Shown: positions 27,551 through 39,449 of the stretch, one piece after another
Layout: each line of letters starts with the position of its first letter
Position numbering within the stretch: position 1 is the first letter of the stretch
NCBI GenBank assembly: GCA_036172245.1
Contig: JAYWIR010000029.1
Location: forward strand, 1,922,001-1,986,000
Direction of reading: 5' to 3'
Length of the DNA stretch: 64,000 nucleotides
From: Raillietiella orientalis
Taxonomy: Eukaryota
Position numbers and translations under genes: made by a program
Notes under the pieces: generated by a model
Database searches by the model: none
The model's input: only the letters and a program-made list of their open reading frames with translations
What the model was told of the DNA's origin: nothing

Positions 27551-27649
27551 CATGGGGAGAGGGGGGGAAATCTCTGCATAAAGAGTAAAGCACAGCATCT
27601 ATTTCACTTTCAAGTTTCCACACTAAAGACCAAAACGTTCTAAGAAACC

Positions 27650-28950
27650 TTCTCATCTGTGCTTTTAAAACATGATACCTACATCAGTATTAGTTTACGG
27701 CAATTATTAACGCACACGCGCACACATGCATGCATGAGCACGTATACCCACAGACCCATGTGTGTGTGTATGTGTGTGTACAAAAACAACTCGGGAATAC
27801 ACAGTACACGGTTTTGATGATCGGCAAGAAGTCGGCACATCATTTCGAAGAGCGAATGGGACATCAACGGGGCACACGGGAAATCCGATCGCAAAAAAAA
27901 AAAAAAAAAAAAATTCACATTACCAGACAACCAGGGGAATCTTAAGAATCACGGCAAGGCAACACAAAACAACACACGGATTCAGAATTCCATCTTTCGG
28001 CGATACCACGGACACAAAACTGAACAAAAAAGCAAGGAGGGGGGGCTCCCTAGTTCGACACACGAAGCAACGCGGCGACACGGAAACACGTTCATTCTTC
28101 ACGTTATCGTATACGTAATCTACAAGGAACCACTTAAATTCATTCAAATTACATATCTGGCGAATCCTACATGTGCATCAGGATGCGTAGTGGCAGATCT
28201 GCCGGAGAGGCGGAGAACGGGGAACCGCGGCGAAAAGATTAACCGAAAGATTAAGAAGACTGCGAGAGTGGAAGTCGGGACTTCTGTGCTCGCACAGCAT
28301 CGCCGCCGCCGCTGCTGCTGCTGCTGCTGCTTGCCATCTTCGCACAGACGATCACCGGCTTTGAAGTTTTGAACCCGTCGACGACCTGTCAACTCCAGTG
28401 GCTTCTCTCGGGGCTGTCCGAAACTCACACGCCCTTTCGCAAAAATCTCACGGCAAAAATTAACATTGTCCCATTGGGGGAGAGGGTTTTGCAGAGGGGG
28501 CGCTTTCCCTTCTTCAACGGTTAACGCGGAACCCACGAATGATTCTTAACCGTGTACACCCCAACACGTGCACTTGCATAATGGATGGATCACAAACATC
28601 CTTGCACGTGCTCTTTCGGACACGAGGGTCATCCGGATTTTCACGATTTCAACTGCAAAGGAAAAAACACTACATTTATCCGAATACAAGGCGTAAACAC
28701 GAGGAACCGAAAGTGATCCCCCTCGAGGAAAAAAAAAAAAAAAAACAGGGAGAGAGGAAGAAGAAAGAAACTATTGGTAAGAGAGTCCTCTGAAATGTAC
28801 TGCCACCACCCGGTTCCCAAAAAGAGTGCTCAAACTGTCCAAACCACCGTGCTCTCTTTGCTCCATTTTTTCCACGGGCCTTATGAAAAGCCCCAAGAAG
28901 TAATGTGATCATCAATGTGATGATTTATTTTCATTGCAAGCACCAAATGA
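27650..28950 (-). pseudogene. Possible decayed COesterase unit
   Basis: TLLLGAF (ORF 28676-28915), PREKPLEL (28144-28536), KDGILNP (27920-28147) and LFEMMCRLL (27679-27930). Correct order but each match is weak. Confidence 0.35.
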
Positions 28951-28989
28951 ATGAAGCTGATTATCTCTTTAATTCTATTTATAAATTGT

Positions 28990-30980
28990 GAGGAAACGTT
29001 CGTTGCTGTTTTCGACGAATGTGAGTGCCAACCTTGCTTTTCACTTCGTATTATTCTTTATAAGAATCCTACTTACAGCCATGGTGGTGACCTTTCGAAC
29101 ACACACAAAATACCATCTCATCCCAAATAAACGTCCTTCTGCATCGGAAAAACCGCTTAAATGTGATCAACAAATTCACTCCAGTGCGAAAAACTAACAG
29201 TTTACAGATTTGCTGGGTTAAGGCACTTTCTTATCTCTTCCCCCCCCCCCCCCCCCACTGAAATGCTAATCAATAAGGTCCTCAGGATGAGAGTTAACAA
29301 CAAAAGTCCTAAGCCCTTCGTTGCAACCAACGAAAATTACCACACAACTCAACTGAAATATGGCTTCGCAAATTCTAACTATGCGCGGATTGTGCTTTTT
29401 ATCTTTGTGAAAATGATCTAAAAATTTCCAGGACACCCAAAAACTGTCTGCATAATGGCCACAAAATTCAGAAATCATAAAACATACACACACAAAAACG
29501 AGTTCCTTAAGGCCTTCCATCCTCACTGATGTTCGCCCATGTTTTCAAGTTGCACATTCTGTCATATAGATAAAAGAGGATGTAGAAAATCTACATTTTG
29601 CAATCAAAAAACACTTTGTGAATAAGAAAGCCTCCCTGCTAAAACAAATTCAAGGTAGGCTCTGACACACACTTAAAGAAAAAAAGAGAGAGGGAAAGGC
29701 ATTTTTTCAAAAAAAAAAAAAAAAAGGTGCATTGCAACTTTACATCATTGCTAAGAAACAAGAAGGAAAGAAATTCTTGCTGCAACACTTAATTTGCAAA
29801 CACTGTAGCACTCAAACATTTCCCAATACTGACAAGCTAACTTTAATCAAATACTGCACAATCTGCACATAAACTCTGAACAAAAATTGTTCCAGTGTTA
29901 TTTTATGCCTCCATGCATCTTCATGATGAAAATACCGGAGTACCTCATACAGGAAAAAGTGTGAAAGAACATTACATCCGAACACATACATAAACAAGAC
30001 AGTCGAAAATTTTCAAGTGTATGATGATATATAATTCATTTTTCAACATTCAGTTCTGAACAAGGCATGAGCACATGCTGAAAATTGCAAATTCATACAT
30101 GTGATTGGAATTACAAAACGAAACATTTCCTCCATAAAATTGAAATAAAAAATTTTGGATATTACTATGGATTTGTTTTGGATGTTCAGAATCAAAAATA
30201 CAGTTACCACCTTTCATGGTAATCTTTTGTAGCACAAACTGAAATTTTGCTGAATAAGACTGAAATTGTTGCAAATGCTTGGTGAATTGGAATTCACTTG
30301 AAACAACGGGTCAAACGATGCCAAAACTTATCAAGAGCCATTTGCACTTAAATTGGAGGCACAGCAACTCTATTTTTCCTACTTGATGCATGTTTCAGGT
30401 ATAAACAACAAGTGATTTATGATGCAAGCAAAAAGCACCACCTTAAATTCGCGTTTGTGAGAAATCGACAGTTATTCTCCAAAGTAAAACACAAAAGGTA
30501 CAGTGCTTACCTAATTCAATGCTCTTGGCTTTATAATGCCAGTCATTTATAATCGAAGTGAACCAAGGATATAAATACCACCAAACTTCAAATATAGGCT
30601 TAAGTATATGTTAATGGAAAACTGTGAACTGATCACATTCACATTCGAAAGAAAAAAAAAACAAAAAACAAACGTATATTACACACGTACGGATACCTGG
30701 AAGTGAATGAGTAATTACATGCACGTTATTTTGGTTCAAGCACACAACGCACACAAGCGATGCTTCCATTTTCTAATGCAGCACGGGACCCACAAGCTGC
30801 AGACGCATTAGAATATTAACGGTACAGCATCCGAAACATGTTCATGGGCTCCAAGTCAGTCATCATCCCTTTTTCCGCGTTGTAATTAGAAAAACGTGGG
30901 GATGCTTGCAATCTTTGCATTGACGGCCACGGACGAGAATCAGATGACTAAATTTCCTTCAAGGAACGGGGCGATTGCTT
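28990..30980 (-). pseudogene. Decayed COesterase unit (AT-rich)
   Basis: KIASIPH (~30905), LYLKFGGIYILGS (~30590), VLQKITMKGG (ORF 30050-30274), YVFGCNVL (29812-29997), EFCGHYAD..KFLDH (29266-29526), HWSEFV (~29180). Confidence 0.65.
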
Positions 30981-31009
30981 CGGCTTTCCGTTTCTTTTTT
31001 TCCTTTCTT

Positions 31010-32900
31010 TACGCTTTGTGCCACAACATTCAAGGTTTCGTGGCTTCGTGTACGAGGAAAAAACACTAAGAAAACGTACTGCTTACATACGGAAAGCATG
31101 TGGATAAATTGACACATTTCCATATTCCCTGATAATCTTTATTCAGTGCGAGAAGATGATGCCCGACGAGGATAAATGAAGCATAGCCTAAGATCCATTC
31201 CAACAGAACAGTCGTTGTCCTATCACGTCGTGCAAACCTTTCGCTGATAATAGGATTTAAAAAAAGCAATTAAAGTAAATAATACAAAGTATTAATGTGT
31301 ACCCGATGTAAAGTTATTGCCATGGAAACAATTTGCCCATTGTTGACCTAAATTGAGGTACAAAGAAAATTATTTTACAAAAATCCCTGGCAGTGCAAAA
31401 TTGGGTAGAAAAGGTATCGATGGTAACCAAAAGCACAAAACTATGTACCATCGATAGCACATTCGACACCGTACTCTTTTTTTTTTTGGTACGCATTCGT
31501 ACTTTTGTCATGGAATTAATGAGGATTACCTCTTAAATTCTAATTTTAAAATTACAGTGAAAAATGGTGAATGAAGTTTACACTCAGACAGTCCACGCAA
31601 CGTCAAAATACCACGCCCCAAAGCTTTCATGTTTGCTTTCTCTGAAATTTCATTTATCCGTGAGATTACAAACATTTTTCCCCAAGAACATTCCTCTTGA
31701 TTATGAATAAGCATTCCGTGCTTCTTTCAAGTAAGAATTGTATCGGAAAATATTATTGTGAGTCCGCGGTTATGTATTTTACATTCTCGGATTGTCACTT
31801 GCCAAAGTCCGTTGCAAATGGCAGGGGTATTTTAGACGGAATGCAGCATCCGGGGAAGACACATTGGCATTCACTTGGGAAAAAGGTTGCTACTGGAAAA
31901 AAAAGCTCTAAACGTTCGGCGCAATTCTCGTCTCTTGCAGAGCTTGGGAAGAACCTTTTCTTGGTTGTCTTTAATGCTTCGTTATTAAGAATTCAAAACG
32001 CGCGCAATACACACAGGGAAGCCAGAAGAAGGGAAAAAACGCATTGCTAGGATTTTAGAAGACTTTCCTTTTTTCACAGCAGCTGTTGCTGTTTATGTAT
32101 CACTCAATGGCAATTGATCAGTTTCACTGAGTGCATTTCCCTCGCCACCACCACCACCCTCACCCGCCATAGTAAAGCTACAATGTTTGCGAGTACACGG
32201 AAAAAAAATCATGCTCTCAAGCGTTGGATGATGACCTGTCTTGTCAGGAAAGGGCCACACAGAAACTTCTTGATGGAAGAAATGATAGAAAATGATACAT
32301 GGAATCAAATCCTTCCATCCTTCTGACTGTAAACGTGTTCGACGAAATAAAGCATGCATGGAAGCAGTGCCGTTGCTTCGAGCCCGTTCGCGTGTGTGTG
32401 TTTTTTGGTTTTGTCATCATGCATACCCTCCAGTCGTCTTCAAGCATCATTCCCGCGATTTGTAAGATGACTCTTTCGAAACAAAAACAATAAGGCAAAC
32501 TTATAGAATTGGCTTATGGATTTTGCACAGGAGCCAGACATCCATCTAGCTTAAGTCGAAGCTCAACGCCTCACTCTCTAAGCAATGGGAAGGAAGACGA
32601 CGATCAAGTCTGCACCACGAGGGAAGACGGAGCGGCCCGATGACTTCCTTAAGCATATCTGCCTAAACCACGCCGTCGTAGAAGATCTGTGGTCTGATTC
32701 CAAGTAGGAGTCCTGGGTCGCTGCAATGCTTACAAGAACTACGGAAACCCGGTTGCTTCAATGCGTCTCCGGGCCTTCTGTAGCCATCTGAGGCTTTGAA
32801 ATCTGCCTCCTACACTGCAGGCAAGCGGAACAAGACGTGGGATGTCTTCCCGTTAGGCAGGAGTTGCCACCCGGTCACGCAGGGGCATTTATTGAAAAAA
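31010..32900 (-). pseudogene. Decayed COesterase unit
   Basis: VGGRFQ..IEATGFP (~32810-32740), SVFPRGADL (~32620), ALFRRTRLQSE (ORF 32093-32359), FPWQ, VHINTLYYLL (~31300), YASFILVG (31066-31269), PRNLEC (~31035). Confidence 0.7.
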
Positions 32901-32929
32901 ACAATAAACTTACAACACATGGCGGTGGG

Positions 32930-35040
32930 ACGTGTGACCCCAGAATGCTAGATTCTACAAAGAACGTACCGGGTTACTGGTTCACCTCACCCTCAGCGAG
33001 GTTCACCTCGGTCACCTTGGCAGCGGTGGAGAGGGGAAAAAACAAAAGGAAAAATAAAATAAATAAACAAAAACACTCTGGAGTCCCGGGAAAGGATCAC
33101 CGTCCTTTGGAGGGAGCCCTCAGCATCCAACCCAGGATGCCGGCAAGTTCCACACTCTGCATAGTTGCCCAGATGGGCGCACCTGGCTGCTATTCACAGA
33201 AAGCGAACTGCAACCTTCTGGAGTCCCTTTCGCTTGCTCATCCTTCAGCGTCGCTCCAGACCGCCGCCATAATCCCGCAGATGCAGTGAAGAACCGCTAG
33301 GTCTCCGGCTGGCCTGAGGGCATCCTGTATGAAAAGGACTTGTGAAAAGTCCATGGGGTTTCCAACCGGGGTCTCAGGATCGTCCCAAAATGTACCCAAA
33401 ACCACAAGAGAGCAGCACGATTCACAAGCAGGTGCTGGGAGGGATTCTCCTTCCCCCCGCACTCGCCCCTTCCCCGCCTCCGTTCCGTCAGGCAGTAGAA
33501 GGACTCAGGAAAGGGCAGAAGACCTGGGGTGCGTCTCTGGGAGAATAGAAGACGGCGAAGCTTGTCCTGAACTGAAGTGTCACCAGGACCTCTGCTTCTC
33601 TTTCCTGAGCACAGGAAGGACCTTGGCTTTGTCCGTCTCACCGCTCAGGAAGGAGCAAGGAGACACGGAAGTCAAAAGCGGAGGACACCATCCCCTCCGC
33701 GGCGGCTGATCAGAGGAAGAGATGGAAAACCACTGTAGGGGAAAGGAAACGGAAAGCGGAGAGCGACCGCAAGAACATGGCTCCGGCCAGCGGAAGGACC
33801 TGAACCCAGTCTGGTCCTTTTCAGGAAAAGGGGCGAGGTTTCCCTGCGGGAACAGAGGAAGAAAGTCGCCCTCCCTGAAGGACGCACCCCTCTGGAACCA
33901 CGCAGGAACTCCCTTTGCCCTTCGTACTGCTGCCAGCCCCCCCCCCCTCCCCATTGGATCCTCCCAAACGTCCCAAACAGGAACCTTCCCTCGGCAAACG
34001 ATACTTGGGGTCTCCCCCGCGACAGCTTGGCCAGGTGCTCTCACGCGAAAAGACGAGACCGCAGATTCCGAAGCTCTTGGGCCACGAGAGGCATAGTTGG
34101 GGGGTCTTTGCTATCGTATTCTTCTGGCGTTCTTGGAGGCTCTAAGAGGAGGGTGTCTTCGAAACTTGCTCCTCGGTCCATGACCAGGACTCGTTGTCCC
34201 GAGAGGGAATGGGGAGCGGGAGGGCAAGGAGCGGGTTCCCCGCTCCCTCGGGCATGCCGGAGGAACGCGAATGGTCCTTCAGGGAAACTCCCTCCCGTGC
34301 CTCCCTCTGCCACTGGTCGCCGGCAGACGTCCTCCGGGTGGCTCCTTTCAACGTTCGTCTCTCTCGCGCGCGCTGGCTCCTTTTTCGCGAAGGTAGGAGA
34401 GCAAGGTCTCCAGACAGCTCCTCCTCCTCCTTTGGAATGTAATGCTACCTCCCCTCTTCGGCCGAGAACCATGGAGACAGGGATGAGCGGAGTCTGTTAG
34501 TCTCCTTTTTTCCCCAGTCCCGATCCTGGGAGAGATTCCTCGAGCCCTACCGCTGTGCATCCTGCGGCCAGCATTCCGTGGGATGCGCGGAAGCGGGGGG
34601 AAGAGTGGACTTCTGGCCGAGGATTTCCCTTTCCCGTGCAGGGCGGAAGTACGGAAGCCAGGGGAGCCAAGCCGCCTCCCTCTGCCCTCTTTCGCTCCTG
34701 CGAACGCATATGGTCAATTCCTGAGGCACTTCTTTTCCAGGAAGAGCCATCCCGCTTCGGGAAGGCAGGAGGAGGCGGCAGGAAAACGCTCAGCGGCGAG
34801 ACGGGAAGAGAGAATTTCTGAACATACACACGCACAGAGACATGCAGGCACGGTAATAGCGAGGGGGAGTGAAGGGAGACACAGGAGTGACAGAGAGCCG
34901 TATGGGGGGGGGAGCACCTTCCTCCTCCCACGCGGCTTGCAGGTTGTCCGGGAGATTCCGAGAAATGTGTACACGCCGTCCATCCTTCGGCGGAACTCCC
35001 ACGCCGCGGGAGGACCGGACGGACGGCGTCCTTCATGGCT
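32930..35040 (-). pseudogene. Decayed COesterase unit
   Basis: GVYTFLGI..PRGRRKVLPP (~34970), RVLVMDRGASF..EYDSK..RNLR (ORF 34041-34472), AGDLAVLHC (33238-33462), PIWATMQSVELAGILG (~33170), NLAFW (~32945). Confidence 0.75.
34059..34227. repeat. Direct repeat, copy 1 (169 bp, ungapped against 36542-36710)
   Basis: Manual alignment: 12 mismatches over the last ~122 nt, more diverged at the left end. Confidence 0.92.
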
Positions 35041-35129
35041 CTCTCCCAGAGGGGCGATCGAGCAGTTCCCTCCCCTGCTGGTGGCCACCGCTGCCTATCG
35101 GCGGCCTGCCGGCGGTCCGGAGAACGAGC

Positions 35130-37340
35130 GGGCGACCCACCAGAGGCGCTGCAGCCTGCGATGCTCCCCCTGCACGCTGCGGAACATAGGTTAGGCGCCG
35201 TGGCGGCGTAGACGTCGCGCCGGGTCCGCGCACCACCCGTGGCTGACCTCCCTTTCTGTATGGTGGAGCCCCGCGCTCAGCGACAGGAAGTCTCCCGGGC
35301 GGCAGCCGCCTTCGCAAGCCCGGCAGAAGGGCACCCTCACGAAAGAGGAGTTTCCAAGGAGATCGACTGCCTTCTGCGCCGGATCCAGGACGGGAAGTAG
35401 CGGCCGGAACCAAAGATCCCTGTCCCCATGCTGCCCTCCTTCCTTTTTTTTTTTTATTTACTCATCATCTCTTCCTTGGGACTTCCCACGTGACCGATCT
35501 GCGCGCACCAGAAATTCCTCCTCAAGAACTTCCCGTTAATGCTCCCCTTGGGAACGCGGTTCCCAGTCTGTGGGTCTTTTTTTTTTTTCCCCTATGATAC
35601 AAACACCCCGACGTAACCAAGGTAATACTCTTCCTTGACTCCATAGGCCTCCTCTCTCTGTCCCGTCCAGGACGCGAACACTTTTCAAACAGGGAACGAC
35701 GTGCGCACGACGGCGGAGATCCAGGGTGCGCCCCCGTCCGGAAAGCCCGCGTCTCCAGATGAGTGGAGGAGGGAACGCTCCACGTCCTCACAAGGGCCGG
35801 CAACGCAAGCAGGATGTCGGGGTCCCCTCTTCCTCCGCTGACAGGCCTCCGAAAGCGAGAGGAGGCAGCAGCTGGGGCATGGAGGAAGAGATTCGACGGT
35901 AGTGCCGTGGTCAGCGTCGGGGAAACGCACCGCCGGTCCCCTCGTCTATGATAGGGGATTCGGAGATGCTCTTGAAGAAAGCATCCGGCAGAGGAGAGGG
36001 AAGAGAGGACGGAAGTCAGAGGGATCCCAGTCGCAGCTTCCTCCCGGCGTTGGGCTTTCGTGGGAGAGGAAGGGAGGGAGGTAGCGGTCTGCCTCGTCCC
36101 TCTTTCCCTTTCTTCGTTACCTTGCGCGCGCGCGCAAGCCTCGCACTGCCGAGACTCTCGGCCACACTCGGCGAACCAAACGAGCGAGCGGGCGGGTGAG
36201 AAGGAAAGAGAGGGGACGCGCAGGAACTTCGAAAGGGGCGTTCCTCTTTCTCCGCCTCCTCGAATTCGTCCCGCTCCGGAGGTCCAGCAGTGAGGTCCAG
36301 GAGGAGGAAGAAAGGAGAAGGGGTGGAGGGGAGCTCTGGAAAGAGAACGAATCCACGGCTCTAAGAAGAATTGTGAGGGCTGCTCGTGGTGCCGCGGTTG
36401 CTCCCCTCTGGGCCCAGCTCCTGCCAGACGCTTGCGAGACAACGGATGTGCGAGCGCTTCGGCGGGCCGGCAAGGTGCCGCAAAACGGGAGTGACTGAGA
36501 CCTCCGCCCATCGCCCACGTGCACTCGCAAGAGATCCCAGGCCGCAGATTCCTCAGCGCCTTGGCCACGATAGGGCAAAGGGGGTGGCCTTTGCTGTCGT
36601 ATTCTTCTGGAGTTCTTGGAGGCTCTACGAGGAGGGTGTCTTCGAAGCTTCCTCCTCGATCCATGATCAGGACTCGCTGTTCCGAGAAGGAATGGGGAGT
36701 GGGAAGGCAAAAATGAAGGGAGATGAAAAGGGAGGGTGGGGGGAGTAATCGCTCCCGGGGCTGTTTGCTTCGGGATGCAGGAAAATCAAGCTGCCGAGAA
36801 CGAGGAGCACGATCGCGGTGGTAGGGGTGCGTCTCCATAGTGCCAGCAGTTTCTCCTGCACTGCTTCCTCCTCTTTCCTCCAGAGAGGGATGTCCAAGTA
36901 ATAAAAGGAGGAGAGTAAGTGCGCGCGGAAGAGAATCTCCCTCTGCAGAGGGACCGCAGCTCGGGCTGTTGCTCCCGAGAACGGACTCCGCCTGCAGACG
37001 GGCTCCCAGACCAAGAGATCTCACTTCAGAGCCGCTCCTGCTCCTGGAGCCAGATCCGTCGCTGTGCTATTCTATTTGCTCGGAATCGCAAGCATGGAGG
37101 GGGGGGGGGGGGAGGAAAAAGAGGAAGATGGATGGAGGAAGAAGAGGAGGAGGAGAACACGCGACGGCGGCGGCTCCATCCTCGCGCTCCTTACTGGGGT
37201 CGTGCCAAGCAGTCGACCCCCCCCTGACGACTAGACGTTACCCTCCGTCCGGGCGTCCACAAGGAAAGAGTGTACAGCTGAGGAGCGCTCTCTCTCAGGA
37301 GGACTCCTCCAGCTGGTCACTGACGACACGGTCGAGCGAT
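35130..37340 (-). pseudogene. Decayed COesterase unit
   Basis: RVLIMDRGGSF..EYDSK..RNLRPGI (VMVWIHGGSF / YDG / NYRLG), then SWAQ..LTILLRAVDSFS (WVQ / VTIFGESAGS.S), SNLFLHAP..DILLA, APPY, QRLW. Confidence 0.75.
36542..36710. repeat. Direct repeat, copy 2 (see 34059-34227)
   Basis: Manual alignment, same orientation, offset 2483 bp. Confidence 0.92.
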
Positions 37341-37829
37341 CTCTGGAGGAGGGGGAGCAGCGTGCACCGCAGGCCGAGATCGTGGAGGCAGCAGCTGTCT
37401 CTGCTGCTCTTCCAAGAGGTACGCGCTCTCTCGCCAGGATAAAAGGTCAGGATGAAGCTCTGGCAACCGCGGTCTCTTATCACGCTGCAGTAGCTGACAA
37501 AGACCCCCCCATCGAGCAGCGATCGACGGGGATACTACGCGGGCACACGATGAACATTTCCAGACGGCTATGCAGGTTCATCAGCAACGAATCGCAAGGG
37601 AACGCGGCACGGATTGAAAACTCCAGAGCGTCTCCTCGTTCCTGAGGAGAGGGCCGTGGAGGGAGTTTCTTTTTGTTCCGCAAGATGAAACCACGGCTGA
37701 AAATTTCCTAGCCAAATGTTCTAGGGTAACAGTTGGACAGTTGCTTTCGGATATGTGAAAGAGACCAAATACGCGCCATCCTGATACGCTAGCGTCCAGG
37801 AAAGCAACGTAACGGATGATGCGTATCAT

Positions 37830-39300
37830 TCGCGCTCTATTGAAGAAGAGGAAGCCTCGCGACAGTTCGCCTCCAACCCCCTAAAAACAAAGATGGGGCG
37901 TGTCCTCCAGCTGAACCACAGAAGGCATCTTCTCTGACGAAACATTGTACGCGTCGTGTTTGCTTGTCTGTTCCTTGGGGGGAGGGGAGTCGGGAAAAGG
38001 TGACAAGACGGGGAGGGGAATTCTGGCCTCAAGGAGTTCATCTTTCAATGTCGCAAGAATGAGCAGCAAATGAGCTGACTCCCCCTTTCGTGCTCAAGGA
38101 TTCAGGAGAAGGGGAGACAAACGAAAAAGAACCCTCACGTGCAAGGAGGCCTCTCTGTTTATTCGCACGACAGCTGTTCTGATGCCGCTCGACCTTCCTC
38201 CCATGACCGCCGTCTTATTGAAGTTTCCCTTTCCGCCAGTCCTAATGGGATCGGAGGCGAAAATGACCTTTTCCCGACTTCGTTCGTTAGGTCGTTTCGG
38301 CTGCATGCAATCTCCTCGCGCCTAGCCCTTTCGTCGAGCAAAACCAATTGGGCAAGATGTACCCGTGAGATGGTGGAAGAATCAAATCGACCACGAGACG
38401 CTCTCCAAATCCTTTTGTGTTTGTTCTCCACTCCTCCGTTCCTCTTCTTCCTCTTCGCAGCCAAGCCCATTCGCTAATCTCTGTACACGCTGATTAGTAC
38501 CTCGCCCCTGGCAGAGCAAAGTGGGGATGGATCCATTTTCATCCATCTCTTGGTGAGTTTACACAAGAGACTCGAGATCTCTTACAACCCTTTCCTTGCC
38601 ATGCGCGCTCCTTGAAAAGTGGGTAACTGCACATCCTCCCTAAGCAAAATTGTCGCACTCCATCTGTTCCCTCGGTGAAAATGACAAGGGGCGAGGTGTG
38701 ATTGAGAGTCTGCTCAACCTCTGGACAACATGAATCCGGAGCGAAAGAAACCTCACGACAAATTGAGAACCTAAACGAAACTCGATGGCTGGTGGGCTTT
38801 GGATGGTTTCGGGAAGGCTAGACTCCTTTTAGACCGTAACAGTTAAGGGAATGGTTATGCTAAACTGATCCTAACTGTTGGATCCAAGGATCCAGGTTGC
38901 TTAGGAAGCTCACCCATGAGCAGGGCACACACACACAAAAAAATTGGCAACGATGGAAATAAATCATTTTCTGCCCGAAATTTTTCCGAAGAGAAAACAC
39001 CGAACACACATTTAGTATTTTCGTTTGTGTCTATTTTTACATCAAGTGTTGTTCTGCCTCATTTTCTTTCTTTCTTTTTTTTTTCTGCCTTTCTAACTGG
39101 CAGAAACTTTGGAAGTAATCAGCGAAGCATTCGCTTAAGAACGTTTATACCGCTGTTTGAAGATCATACGCTTGCCGAGGAAAGAGACTTGAGAAACGCT
39201 GGTGGTAAAAAGAGTTCTGGCATCACGTCACGCTCACCCCTACGGAGCAGACGTCTTCGGTAGTAAAAGGAAACGGAAACCGAAATCAAACAGAGGTAAA
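37830..39300 (-). pseudogene. Decayed COesterase unit
   Basis: TEDVC (~39255), NENTKCVFG (~39015), KQPGS (~38895), FTEGTDG (~38670), NEVGKRSFSPP (ORF 38159-38470), SLHVRVLF..PL, DAYN. Confidence 0.55.
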
Positions 39301-39449
39301 GAATAAAAATAAAATGGAAAACTAACTTGCAAAAGTAAGGAAAGTGGAGGAATTTAAACGCGCACACACCAAAAAAAAAAGGAAAAGGAAAACAAAAAAA
39401 TCGAAAACTATGTATGGCAACCGCTTGGACGAAGCAAATCTCACGTTTT

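Noticed and set aside
33018..33560. tRNA-Leu primer-binding-site-like TGGCAGCGGTGG plus integrase-like words on the plus strand
   Set aside because: No LTR pair or gag/pol ORF. The opposite strand is better explained as the C-terminal part of an esterase unit.
34041..36710. Fibronectin type III, DDE transposase or integrase reading of MDRGGSF..LRNLRPG
   Set aside because: Spacing fits COesterase HGG.F..YDG..NYRLG, and the flanking FLGI and W.Q..TI motifs fall in the right order.
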